Part shown: one piece after another, positions 20,195 to 30,406 of the stretch
Layout of the letters: every line of letters starts with the position of its first letter
Position numbering within the stretch: the stretch's first letter is position 1
NCBI GenBank assembly: GCA_965224085.1
Contig: CBDCYI010000004.1
Coordinates: 1-64,000, forward strand
Source of the DNA: Candidatus Marinacidobacterales bacterium
Lineage (GTDB): Bacteria > Acidobacteriota > Vicinamibacteria > Marinacidobacterales > SMYC01
Reading direction: 5' to 3'
Length of the DNA: 64,000 bases
Position numbers and translations under genes: made by a program
Notes under the pieces: model-generated
Told to the model about the DNA's origin: nothing
The model's input: the letters and a program-made list of their open reading frames with translations, nothing else
Databases searched by the model: none

Positions 20195-21229
20195 GGGTGC
20201 CGCCGGCGGCGGGGTTCTCGATCACCCGTGTCCATGTCCTGTATCATCTTCACCCCCAGAACTCATATGCCGCAACGGGCACGTGCATCCCGCAGCAGCC
20301 CCTAGCGGACAAGCAGCCGGATTATACTTTATCTTGTAGCTTCTTTTTCCGGTTTGGATCGGTCTGAAATTGTGAAGTTGTGAATCCGTTTGAAACTCGG
20401 CAGGCACGGCGGCCGTGGAGTCGAGTCTGCGGGCCGGAGATTTCACTCTCTCGTTCCTACAGCCGTCCATTGACGCGCGTCCAAGACGCGTGGGGCTGAG
20501 GACGGACCTCCGTCTGGACGGCCGAGCGGGATTTTCTCCGTATCGAACGAACGCGCAGGCTCGAACGGATGTCTCCGACCGCGTAGCAACCGGCATTCAA
20601 ACTGAGACACGACCCTAATTCTTTATTGGACGTCAGGACCGTGGACGCATAGCGTGTGTTGATGGCCAAACACCTCGGAGTCAGCGCATCGTTGGTGCAA
20701 TCGGTCTTGGCCGCCCGAATCGATTCAGTCCCATTGATCGCGATATTGGAAGCATTCCGACAATCTTTCTGAACTTCCTGATCTCGAAGCTGCCGTCCTC
20801 CCAGAAAGAGGACCTGTCCAAGGGGCATCCTCGACGCCATCAACATGGACAGCTACCGGGTGGAGAACGGGCGGTGCAGAAGATCATCCTATTCGAATAC
20901 CTCTAGCGGCGTGGCAACGCTTGATGGCAGAAGCACCGCGAAGATAGAGGCATGACGACCGAACGAAGGGAACCCGAGGGCCACGTGTTGATGAAGTGGA
21001 GGAGCGCCGTTCTTTTTCCACAGACCTCGGTGCTTGCGTCATTGACTGTTGCGGGCATAAGGGGAAGACTTTGTAGTGCAATAGGTTACATCAGATTTTA
21101 ACGTCACCGGACTTCAGCTTGCGCCAAACTGTGCATAAGTGCCGTCCTCGCACGACGACGTGGACGAGCCGGCAACAGTAAACGGAGCAAGCACCCAGAG
21201 TAGCCGGCGAAGCGTCATGCAATGCAAGG

Positions 21230-21540
21230 ATCCAGCGCTCGCCACCTTGGATTTAGTCTCTAATCGCGATTTCCGAGGGACAAGTTCGCGCCAAATGGGG
21301 AGCGGGTCGCTGACAGGGGGGCCGTGCGGCAGCGGAAAAGAGGCCACCCGAGAGGCCCAGAATCGAGGCCGGGGCTACCGCGGCGTAGCTGGCCCTAGCA
21401 GGTTCTGGTCCAGGTGCGGCCCGGGCCTCCTTGATGTCCATCTTTCCCCAGGCCTGGATCCAGGTTTTCGCCCGCGAGCGTGGCATCCTGTTTCTGGACG
21501 GTGCTTCCCTGCGCGTAAGGGGGAATCCGAATCGCCGGCC
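21230..21540 (+). repeat. Dispersed ~250-300 bp repeat; further copies at about 26430-26665 and 62905-63005 (reverse)
   Basis: Shared ACCGCGGCGTAGCTGGCC..AGCA.GTTCTGGTCCAGGTGCG block. Confidence 0.7.
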
Positions 21541-21789
21541 GCAACGTCACCCTCCCAGGGCATTGGTGTCACGTCGTTCGAATTGGCGAGAGTCTCCACG
21601 ACCGCCTTGAGAAGTCTAAACCGTGCAATCAAACGCCGGATCGATTTTTTACGGAGCAAAACCCCTCATACTCGGCGAGCGAACGCCCCGGTCGTCGTGG
21701 TGGTTTCGGAACCCGCCGCGCGCCTTGCCAGCACGGGCCGCCAGCCGCCGCAGCTGATGTTCCTGTGGAGGGGAACAACCGCCGGTCAG

Positions 21790-22150
21790 TCTCCATGCAA
21801 ACATCTATTGGAGTTCGGCCAAAGCCGGCTCGAAGCTCAACTTGCCTTCACCGCCGTACTGCACACCTGGACCCGGAAGCTCCTGTTCCATCCACACCTG
21901 CATTGCATCGTCTCCGGGGGCGGGCTCAACCACCCTCAGCAGCTGTGGAACGCCGCAAACCCTCGCTTTCTGTTTCCCGTCAAGGCCATGTCGCGGCTTT
22001 TTCGCAGCAAGTTTCTCGATGCCCTTAGGCTCGCTTACGACCAAGATGAGCTTGAGTTGAGCGCAAACGCTTCCCACCTCAGAAACCCACCTCGCTTCCG
22101 GGAGCTGAAAGACAAGCTCTACCGCATCGATTGGGTCGTTTACAGCAAAC
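21790..22150 (+). pseudogene. IS91-like (HUH Y2) transposase fragment
   Basis: AVLHTW...FHPHLHCIVSGGG...FLFPVKAMSRLFRSKFL...WVVYSK. Confidence 0.75.
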
Positions 22151-22154
22151 GACC

Positions 22155-22273
22155 ACTACGACGCATCGACGGCTACCAACGTCTGAGCGAGGTTCTCGAA
22201 CACGCGCAGGTTGCCGCCTGATATGATACTCTGATGACGGAGTGGAGGGTGCCGTTCTTTTTCCACGGACCTC
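22155..22273 (+). mobile_element. IS256-like right-end remnant; also at about 35015-35200 and 20990-21030
   Basis: LRRIDGYQRLSEVLEHAxVAA* followed by GTTCTTTTTCCACGGACCTC; repeated. Confidence 0.6.
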
Positions 22274-22409
22274 TCATCCTGAACGGGACACATCCTAACT
22301 TGGCGTCGCGCAAGGCGTGAACGCTCTCCACGGCCGCGACTCGGTGGCGGCGTGTGAGCGGCGCGGCGCGTCGTGTTCGCAGCCCGAGTGACGTGGGGAG
22401 GGGGTAGCA

Positions 22410-25400
22410 ATGAGGATTGCTCTGGATGTAATCGTGACGTGCCTGCTGGTGGCCCCGTGCGCCGTCAGCGCGCAGGACGGTCGGATTGCGGGCACGGTCA
22501 CCGACGAAACCGGCGGTGTGCTGCCTGGCGTGACCGTCGCAGCTGCGGGACCCGCGCTGGCTGGCGGCCCGCGCGTGGTTGTAACCGATGGGGACGGGAG
22601 TTACGCGTTCGAGGCGCTGCCGCCGGGCGCGTACACCATCACGTTCACATTGCCAGGCTTCGAGGAGCTGGCGCGTACCGTCGAGCTGGCCACCGCGTCC
22701 GCGCCGACGGTGGACGTCAGCCTGCGGGTCGGCGGCCTGTTCGAGGAAGTGACCGTGACGGTGACAGGCACCGCCATTGACGCGCCCGCGATCAACATGC
22801 CCCACGCGGTCGCGGTGGTCAGCCGCGACACGATTGAGCAGCAAGGGTCCACGCAGCTCGTCGATCTCTTCAAGAACCTGAGCGTGAGCCACGGCGTGAT
22901 TGGCGAGCGGAGCAGTTGGTACAACTCCAACCAGCCCTCGACGCTCACCGAGAACGTGGCCAACGTCAACCTGCGCGGCCTTGGCGCCTCGCGGACGCTC
23001 GTGCTGATCAATGGCCGCCGTCACGTGCCGGTTCCCGCGCGTCTCATCGGCGGGCGTTTCGTCGATGTGAACACTATTCCGGCGATCGCGGTCGGCAGGC
23101 TGGAGGTGCTGAAGGAGGGCGCGGCGGCGACCTACGGCTCCGACGCGGTCGGCGGCGTCGCCAACTTCGTGACGCGCAGTGATTTCCGGGGGTTCGAGCT
23201 CAGCGCCTCGCATGACTACTTCGACAGCGCGGGTGATACGACCGTCGCCGGCATCTGGGGCGGACGGATCGGCAATTCCAGCGTGGTACTCGCCGCAGAA
23301 CGGGTCGGCCGCCAGGAGCTGCAGATGGCGGAGCGTCCCTGGACTCTCGATCGGCTGAGTACGCACGTCGGGGGGAACCGCGCCGGATGGTCCAGCATCG
23401 GGAATCCCGGCACGTTCGCCGTCGAGGCCCCCGTTCCATGGACGGCCGATGTCTTCGATCCCCGGTGCACGGAATTCGGCGGCCAGGACGAGGGCTGGAC
23501 CTGCCGGTTCCGCTACGCGCCGTACGACAATCTGATCGACGAGCAGCAACAGACCCGCGCCTTCGTCGAGCTCAATGGCCGCCTGAACGCGCGGACTAAT
23601 TACCACGTCGAGGGTCTCTGGGCCAATGCGACGATTCCGAACTGGTACACGACGCCGTCGTACCCGCCCTTCCCGCTGACGAGCACCACCATCATGGAGG
23701 TGGCGCCCGACCACCCGGGACGGCAGGCGTTCTGCTCCGGCTACGCAGGTGACGGGAAGGCCGACCCCAGCGGCGCCTGCGCCGGCAGCGACCCCTGGTA
23801 TTTCAACGGCCGCCCGTTCGGGAACTCAGGTCCCGGGCGCAGGCTGAGACGGGAGTCCCGAACCCAGCGGATCGCGGGGTCGGTCGACGGCGACTTCCTG
23901 CTCGGGGAACGGGATGCTCATTGGGATGTCGGCGTCTCCTACTCCCGGGCCAAGGGCAATCTGAACCTGCCGGCGGTATACACCGACCGGGTCTTCCGGG
24001 CCTTCCGCGGCTTCGGCGGGCCGGACTGCGGCGTCAGCGTCGTGGCGGATCAGACCTCCCCTGCCGGCATGGTGCTCGGAGCGCTCAACGGCGCCGTGGC
24101 GGGCCAGGGCCCGTGTATGTATTACAACCCGTTCAGCAACGCCATCCAGTACTCCGACCAACCGGACTCGCCGTTCGAGAACACGCCGAATCCCGACTAC
24201 GTCGCCGGCCTGGCGAACCCGGAGCAGTTGCGGCTGTGGCTCAACGAGGAAGTGGATCTGCTCAGCACGACCGACCTGTTCGTGGCGGACGCCACGCTGA
24301 GCGGCAACCTGGTCGAGAACGTGGCCGACTTCGCCGTGGGGTACCAGTACCGCGCGATGCGCGCCGACGGCAATCCAAACGATGCCGGCGACGCCACACT
24401 GAACCCCTGCTCGGTGGCGGGCGACGCGGGCTGCGCGGCGGGCGACCGGTTCGGCCCCTACCTCTTCACCAACATCCACCGCTCCTATGACGCGGACCAG
24501 CAGGTGCAGCGGTTCTTCGGCGAGCTCGCGCTGAGCGTCGGCCCCAGAGTCGACACGCAGGTCGCTGCGAACTACGAGTTCTACAATGTCGCCGGCCGCC
24601 ACGTCAGCAGCTTCGACCCGAAGATCGGCGGGCGCCTGCAGGTCGCCGAAAACCAGCACTACTCCCTGGCGCTGCGCGGCTCGGTGCAGACCACCTTCCG
24701 GACGCCGTCGCTGGACGACCTCAACACCAGCCCGCTGACGACCCTCGAGTGGATCTCGGAGACGGGCGCCTACCAGGCGGTGGACCGTTTCGGGCGCCCT
24801 GACCTCCTCCCCGAGCAGGCGTTCACCTACAACGTCGGCGCCGTGCTCTTCCTGGAGGGGAGCATCGAAGCGACGGTCGACTACTGGAGCTACGACTTCG
24901 AGAACGTGATTGGATCGATGCCCTACGATGCCGTCACCAGCCTCTACAATAGCAACAATCCGGCGACCCAAGAGGCCCTGTCACCATTCATCGTCTGTCC
25001 GGGAGGTAGGGCCTCGGACCTGATGCCTGAGAGCAGGTGCGCCGCCGCGAACCTTGAGCGCGTCCAGATCGACCTCGTGAACTGGCCGGGGCTCACGACC
25101 TCCGGGATCGACACGCACTTCGCCACCCGGTTCGACGCGGGACCGGGCCAGCTCTCGGCCAGTTGGGACTCCACCTACACGGTGGAGTACGAGACAAAGA
25201 CCCTGATGCTGGAGGGTACGGACCTGACGCTCTACGCCAAGCGGAGCACGGCCGGCTACCTGAACTTCGCCCACCCGATCGCGGTGCCGCTGCCCCGCTG
25301 GAAGAGCCGGTGGTCGGCTTCATACGCCTGGAACACATACACTTTCGCGAACTATGTGAGCTACATCTCGTCCTACGGGGACCGTGGCAGCAACACCACC

Positions 25401-25613
25401 GTCCCCCGCATCGACCCATTCCTCACGTGGGACGCGAGCTTCCTGTGGCGCTTCCCAGGCCGCGGGATCAACATCACCCTCTATGCGCTGAACCTGACCG
25501 GCACTTTGCCGCCATGGGCCAACATCGAGCAGTCGTACGACGGCTTCACGCACGACCCGAAGGGGCGCCGGTTCAAGGTGGCGCTGACCTATCGCTTCGG
25601 CGCCAGGACCTGA
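22410..25613 (+). CDS. TonB-dependent receptor with an N-terminal carboxypeptidase-regulatory-like domain, 1067 aa
   Basis: Signal peptide; GTVTDETGGVLPGVTV; plug NLRGLGASRTLVLINGRR and EVLKEGAAATYGSDAVGGVANF; C-terminal YRF. Confidence 0.92.
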   Translation: MRIALDVIVTCLLVAPCAVSAQDGRIAGTVTDETGGVLPGVTVAAAGPALAGGPRVVVTDGDGSYAFEALPPGAYTITFTLPGFEELARTVELATASAPTVDVSLRVGGLFEEVTVTVTGTAIDAPAINMPHAVAVVSRDTIEQQGSTQLVDLFKNLSVSHGVIGERSSWYNSNQPSTLTENVANVNLRGLGASRTLVLINGRRHVPVPARLIGGRFVDVNTIPAIAVGRLEVLKEGAAATYGSDAVGGVANFVTRSDFRGFELSASHDYFDSAGDTTVAGIWGGRIGNSSVVLAAERVGRQELQMAERPWTLDRLSTHVGGNRAGWSSIGNPGTFAVEAPVPWTADVFDPRCTEFGGQDEGWTCRFRYAPYDNLIDEQQQTRAFVELNGRLNARTNYHVEGLWANATIPNWYTTPSYPPFPLTSTTIMEVAPDHPGRQAFCSGYAGDGKADPSGACAGSDPWYFNGRPFGNSGPGRRLRRESRTQRIAGSVDGDFLLGERDAHWDVGVSYSRAKGNLNLPAVYTDRVFRAFRGFGGPDCGVSVVADQTSPAGMVLGALNGAVAGQGPCMYYNPFSNAIQYSDQPDSPFENTPNPDYVAGLANPEQLRLWLNEEVDLLSTTDLFVADATLSGNLVENVADFAVGYQYRAMRADGNPNDAGDATLNPCSVAGDAGCAAGDRFGPYLFTNIHRSYDADQQVQRFFGELALSVGPRVDTQVAANYEFYNVAGRHVSSFDPKIGGRLQVAENQHYSLALRGSVQTTFRTPSLDDLNTSPLTTLEWISETGAYQAVDRFGRPDLLPEQAFTYNVGAVLFLEGSIEATVDYWSYDFENVIGSMPYDAVTSLYNSNNPATQEALSPFIVCPGGRASDLMPESRCAAANLERVQIDLVNWPGLTTSGIDTHFATRFDAGPGQLSASWDSTYTVEYETKTLMLEGTDLTLYAKRSTAGYLNFAHPIAVPLPRWKSRWSASYAWNTYTFANYVSYISSYGDRGSNTTVPRIDPFLTWDASFLWRFPGRGINITLYALNLTGTLPPWANIEQSYDGFTHDPKGRRFKVALTYRFGART

Positions 25614-25688
25614 ACGAATCCGCGCCCCGCCGCTTACTGCCGTGGTGGCGGCGGACCGGCTGTGCTGCGGCACCGCTGACAAAACCAT

Positions 25689-25905
25689 ATGGCTGAGGTC
25701 TCGAAGATCGACTACAAGCTGGGTCAAGACAACGTCCAACTCCTCGGCCTCGATATCCACAATCCGGTCTTCGTCGTCTCCAGCCTCACCATCATCGCGT
25801 TCGTCGCCGGGGTCCTGGTGTTCCAGGCCGGGGCGGCGGCCGCCTTCGGGGCGCTGCGCCCGTGGCTTCATGTCGACCTTCGACTGGGTGTTCATGGGCG
25901 CGGGC
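25689..25905 (+). pseudogene. BCCT family transporter, 5' fragment
   Basis: DYKLGQDNVQLLGLDIHNPVF N-terminus, then a frameshift (STFDWVFMGAG) and truncation. Confidence 0.65.
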
Positions 25906-26684
25906 TCCCGACTGCGATAGCCGGAAAGATGTTCCCGTCGACGAACGTTCGCCGATGAGACGTAACGCCTTTTATAACAATGAGTAACGGACGGAGCCGC
26001 ATTCGCCCTTCTTTTCCAGATGGGACCAGCGCGGCCTCTGGAGGGTTTACGACACGGCCCTTCTTTCAGGCGTTCGAATTCGTTTTATGTTCGTATTTTT
26101 TGGAGCGCACGCCGCCAAACTCCTGGGGGATACTGTAAAGACTGTAAAAATTGCCCCTCTCGTGTCCATCATCTGCGAAGGGTACAGTTCGACCTGGACC
26201 GGCATTCAATCGTCGAGCACCAGCCATTTTAGATAACGCCGAACGTCCCCGCCGAGGTCGAGTCACTTCTTTGTTTTAGGGTTTCCAGCCGAGACCGGAT
26301 AGCTCCAACCTGCACCATCCGCCACCCAGTCTGGCCAATTGTGGCACTGCAGAGACGGGTGGGATTTTCCGCGCGGTTGGCGGGGTTTTGCAGGATCAGG
26401 TGTCACCAGAGACGCGCTAGAAGGGCTGAACTGGCCTCATTTTCGGTTTTGGTCTCTAATCTCGATTTTCGAGTGCCACGTTTGCGCCAAATAGGGGAGC
26501 GGGCTCTGAGGGGCTCAGAATCGAGGCTGAGGTTACCGCGGCGTAGCTGGCCTAGCACGTTCTGGTCCAGGTGCGGCCCGGGCCTGGATCCAGGTCTCGC
26601 CCGGGAGCGTGGCATCCCGTTGCTGGACGGTGTTTTCCCTGCGCGTGCGGAGAGCCCGAATCGCCGACATCGCCTCCGACACGC

Positions 26685-27133
26685 GAATCAGTCCATAAGG
26701 GCCTCGGTGAAATGCAGACCCTGGCAAGCGGCGTGGGCGACCTGAAAAGAGTCATGAGCAACGTCAAGGCGCGCGGCACATGGGGTGAAGTCCAACTCGG
26801 CGCAATTCTTGCGCAGTTCCTCGCTCCGGGTCAGTATGAAAAGAATGTTCGTCCCGCACCCGACTCAACCGAGACCGTCGAATACGCCGTGCGCCTGCCA
26901 GGCCCGCAGGACGATCCAACCTCCTGTGTCTGGCTTCCCATCGACTCCAAGTTCCCGCAGGAAGACTATCTGCGCTTACAGGATGCTGCAGAAGCGGCCG
27001 ACGCCGATGCAACGCTTAGAGCCATAGACGCACTCTCGCGTACGGTCAGAGCGGCGGCGAAGGCCATCAACGAGAAGTACTTGAAACCACCAGCCACGAC
27101 CGACTTTGGGATCATGTTCCTTGCCACTGAAGG
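26685..27133 (+). pseudogene. rmuC: RmuC internal fragment
   Basis: VHKGLGEMQTLASGVGDLKRV.SNVKARGTWGEVQL...WLPIDSKFPQEDY...TTDFGIMFLATEG. Confidence 0.85.
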
Positions 27134-27610
27134 CGCAGGCTCGATGCCATGTTCTCGCAGAATATTGGCGATGGTGCTCCTGGCTACCGTATGGCCGTCC
27201 GAGCTGTTTCCGCCGCACGCTGTAGTCCCACTTCCGCGCGATGAGCCTTCGGTGCCAAGCCAGAAGAGTTTCCGGTGTGACGATACTGGCGACTTCTGCC
27301 AAGAGTTTCCGGCCAAGCGCCTTACCCTTTACCGCGAGCCGACGTCGCTCGTCGTCTGTGAGGCGAAGCTTCCTCCCGCAGAGCCGAGCTTTGAGGACTC
27401 TGTTCTCCTTGAGTAAGTAGACGATAGCGGCCTGTTGGTCACGCTGGACCCAACCAGCGACGGCAACCATCAACAGTGTCAAGGGCTGGATCGGCGTCCT
27501 CATGATCGAGTATTCTAGCTCCCATCGGCCAACCAAGCGTATACACGTCTATTCCGAAACGTCCCGGCGTGCCGATCTTGAGTTCGTTTGTATTTTTGGA
27601 CACGACGAGG
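27133..27610 (-). pseudogene. Integrase-core (rve) type transposase, N-terminal fragment
   Basis: YLLKENRVLK...RLTDDERRRLA...IVTPETLLAWHRRLIARKWDYS...TIANILREHGIEPAP; internal deletion. Confidence 0.75.
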
Positions 27611-27642
27611 TACTATCGCGCCGCTTGATCCCTAACTCTTAA

Positions 27643-27831
27643 CCCTAATCGCAAAATCTTCGAAGCACGAAAACGCGAAACAGCCGCACTGGGCGCAGGC
27701 GAGAAGCTCGTGCTGGGGCACCCGCTCGCCGCCACTATAGGTGATTCTGCACGGTGTATGCAGAACCTGGAAAAGGTGCTATTCACGGGGCCAAAGACCT
27801 CAGACACGGTGACGTTTATTTGCGATTAGGG
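27643..27831. mobile_element. 189-bp MITE with TTAA flanks
   Basis: IRs CCCTAATCGCAAA / TTTGCGATTAGGG; TTAA on both sides; inverted copy at 36756-36944. Confidence 0.85.
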
Positions 27832-27893
27832 TTAACCTGTCCACGAAAGCGGGGTCACTTCAATCTTCTTTTTTGCGGATCACAACTGTCAAG

Positions 27894-28110
27894 TTTTCCA
27901 CGGCCTGACGGCCACCCCGAATGAATGAAACGCGGTAGTCTGTGAAGGTGGCACCGGCTCAGAGGTCGGCTTAACGTTGGTGCGACTGAGCCCGTTGTCA
28001 AGTTTGGCTGGGAGTCCTGCGCGTACCCCAAATTGCGTTTTCTATTCCAGCTGGGATAGTTGAGCGCGTCTATTAGATTACAAGTTCGTGGGCTCCACGC
28101 CGGTGCGACG
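27894..28110 (+). ncRNA. Putative bridge-RNA region of IS110 element A
   Basis: ~215-bp non-coding leader containing TGTCAAGTTT (27996-28005), identical to the flank/left-junction sequence, and TATTAG resembling the right end. Confidence 0.5.
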
Positions 28111-29363
28111 TGAAGGAGGCTGCGATGAGAGTGGTTCATAAGCGATGCGCCGGATTGGACGTCCACCAGAAATCGATTACGGCTTGCGTGCGGGTAGCGA
28201 CGAAGCGGAAGGTGGTGCGCGAGACGCGTGTGTTCGGCACGGCCACGAGCGAATTGCTGGAAATGTTGGATTGGCTGGGGCAGTGCGGTTGCACGATTGT
28301 AGCGATGGAAGCGACCGGAGTGTATTGGAAGCCGGTGTGGCATGTGCTCGAAGGTCATTTTGAGTTGGTGTTGGCACAACCGGCCCACGTCAAGAACATG
28401 CCGGGTCGTAAGAGCGATATCAGTGATGCCTTGTGGATAGCGGATTTGCTTGCCCATGGTCTCATTCGAGCTAGCTTCGTTCCGCCAACGCCGATCCAGG
28501 AACTGCGAGAGCTGACCCGAACGCGAAAGCAGTTCGTTCGAGAAATCGCTCGGGAGACCCAGCGAATTCAAAAGACGTTGGAAGACGCGAACATCAAATT
28601 GACGAGCGTGATTAGCACGATTTTGGGAGTAAGCGGGCGGGCGATTCTCCGAGCGATCATTGCGGGAGAAAGCGACCCTCACAAGCTGAGTGAGCTGGGC
28701 TCAAGCCGACTCAAAGCCACTGAACAGGAATTGAGCGCAGCGCTCGAGGGCTACGTTACCGACCATCATCGTTTCCTGTTGGGTTTTCATCTCAATCATA
28801 TCGAGCAGCTTGAAGCCTCAGTGAGCGCGCTCGAATCCCGTATCACAGAGAGCCTGCGCCCTTTTCGATCGGCCGTCGAGCTTCTGGTGACGATCCCGGG
28901 CATCAGTGAAGCCACGGCGGCCATTCTCGTCGCCGAGATCGGACCCGATGTCTCGGCATTCCCAACGGCCGGACACCTTCGCTCTTGGGCCGGTCTATGC
29001 CCACGGCTTCATGAGAGTGCCGGTAAACGCTTTTCTCAGAAAACCCGCAAAGGGGCTCCATGGCTCAAGACCGCTCTTGTCCAAGCCGCTTGGGCGGCAA
29101 GCCGCAAGCGCGACAGCTATCTGCGTGCCCAGTTCTTCCGGCTCAAATCTCGTCGGGGCCCCAAGAAAGCTGTCGTCGCCGTCGCCGCCTCCATCATCAC
29201 CGCCGTCTACTACATGCTCCACAATGAGATTCCATACCGGGAACTGGGTGCCGATTACTTCCATCAACGCGACAAGGAACAGCTCACAATACGAATGACA
29301 CGACGCCTAAGGGAGCTCGGTTTTGACGTCACTCTCACACCTCTTGCCAACGCTACACCCTGA
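28110..29363 (+). CDS. IS110 family DEDD recombinase
   Basis: AGLDVH, AMEATGVYW, RKSDISDA, TIPGI, WAGLCP...ESAGK motifs. Confidence 0.95.
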   Translation: MKEAAMRVVHKRCAGLDVHQKSITACVRVATKRKVVRETRVFGTATSELLEMLDWLGQCGCTIVAMEATGVYWKPVWHVLEGHFELVLAQPAHVKNMPGRKSDISDALWIADLLAHGLIRASFVPPTPIQELRELTRTRKQFVREIARETQRIQKTLEDANIKLTSVISTILGVSGRAILRAIIAGESDPHKLSELGSSRLKATEQELSAALEGYVTDHHRFLLGFHLNHIEQLEASVSALESRITESLRPFRSAVELLVTIPGISEATAAILVAEIGPDVSAFPTAGHLRSWAGLCPRLHESAGKRFSQKTRKGAPWLKTALVQAAWAASRKRDSYLRAQFFRLKSRRGPKKAVVAVAASIITAVYYMLHNEIPYRELGADYFHQRDKEQLTIRMTRRLRELGFDVTLTPLANATP

Positions 29364-29375
29364 GTTTCTTATTAG

Positions 29376-29514
29376 TTTTCCAACGGCCTGACGGCCACCC
29401 CGAATGAATGAAACGCGGTAGTCTCTGGAGGTGGCACCGGCTCAACACGACGCCTGAGGGAGCTCGGTTTTGACGTCACTGCCCCCAAACGCTACACCCT
29501 GAGTTTCTTATTAG
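29376..29514 (+). mobile_element. 139-bp non-autonomous mini-IS110 A, in tandem with its parent
   Basis: First ~72 bp of the left end fused to the last codons and right end (ACCCTGAGTTTCTTATTAG). Confidence 0.85.
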
Positions 29515-29632
29515 TTGATGAAAAAACTAGCAGACCGACCCCCAAGATACTGGGCTCAAGCCCGTGGTGAACCCACCATGCTGCGCATCAGAAACGGCCG
29601 TCAGCCTCAACTTGACGATGCCGGTAAAAAGG

Positions 29633-30268
29633 CTAGGGCGCGGTGGGCAGCAACGCCCAGCCAATGCACCGCTCAGCATCATCAAGCAAACTTGCCGCGA
29701 CGGGGTCCTCAAGCAGTGGTACTCCAAGCCTGACCAGACAACAGGGCAAGTCCAGCTCCGCCGGTAGCTCCGCCGCCAACCAGCGCACGCCCTTCGCTGC
29801 GCCCCCGACCGTCCAGGCCGTCACGCAACGAACCATGACTCGGCGCTCGGTTCCCTCAATGAGCCAGCCCACGGCGCCGATCCAGGTGTTCCTGATGCTT
29901 AGAAAGTATTCGGTGAATCCGGGCAACGGCACCACATGGCCGCTGGTGGCCACCTTGATAATGGGCCGCAACGCGGCCAGCGTCTCGGGGCGAACATCCG
30001 AGCGTGGCATCTGGGCCATGTGGCCCGTCGATAGGTGGTAGTGGTGTATCACCCCGTCGGCGAAACAACGCCCAAGGGTAGCAACCCGTTCGCCAACATC
30101 TCCCTCGCCCGTTAGCACCTCCGGTCGGATTGGTGGGGGCTCCGCAACCTGCAATGCTTTGGTTTTCGTCGGCTTCCCAGTGTTCGCCTTTGCCCGATCC
30201 TTTGCTCGCTTTTTACGTATAGCTTCCCGGGCAAATCGCCGATATGCATCCGGAGATCGGTAGAACAT
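29633..30268 (-). CDS. Hypothetical protein, paralog of 36120..36701
   Basis: Shared GEGDVGERVATL...YFLSIRNTW...CVTAWT...LDLPCCLV...DDAERCI block. Confidence 0.65.
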   Translation of the reverse strand: MFYRSPDAYRRFAREAIRKKRAKDRAKANTGKPTKTKALQVAEPPPIRPEVLTGEGDVGERVATLGRCFADGVIHHYHLSTGHMAQMPRSDVRPETLAALRPIIKVATSGHVVPLPGFTEYFLSIRNTWIGAVGWLIEGTERRVMVRCVTAWTVGGAAKGVRWLAAELPAELDLPCCLVRLGVPLLEDPVAASLLDDAERCIGWALLPTAP

Positions 30269-30406
30269 TCTGAGGCGAAGTATACCCTCCGAGAAGGTGC
30301 TTCTGCCATCAAGTAGTGTTACACCGCTAGAGGCATTTGAATGCTAGTGTCAGTTGGCCTGCGTATGTTGGCGAACGAAATTGTCGGTCAGCCGATTCTG
30401 CTTAAC

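Larger units (their letters stand above)
27894..29375 (+). mobile_element. IS110 family element A (long 5' non-coding end)
   Basis: No terminal IRs; ends defined by comparison with the copy at 30993-32479 and the mini copies. Confidence 0.85.

Noticed and set aside
21139-22221. 360-aa ORF as a real gene
   Set aside because: Read-through across a dispersed repeat, a MITE half, and IS91-like and IS256-like fragments
22173-24971. Long antisense ORFs (513 and 381 aa)
   Set aside because: GC-rich shadows of the TonB-dependent receptor
26280-26460. Possible tRNA or attachment site near the repeat
   Set aside because: No cloverleaf or T-loop/CCA consensus could be built
26571-27416. 281-aa ORF as a novel RmuC fusion
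   Set aside because: Chimera of a repeat, an rmuC fragment and antisense transposase sequence
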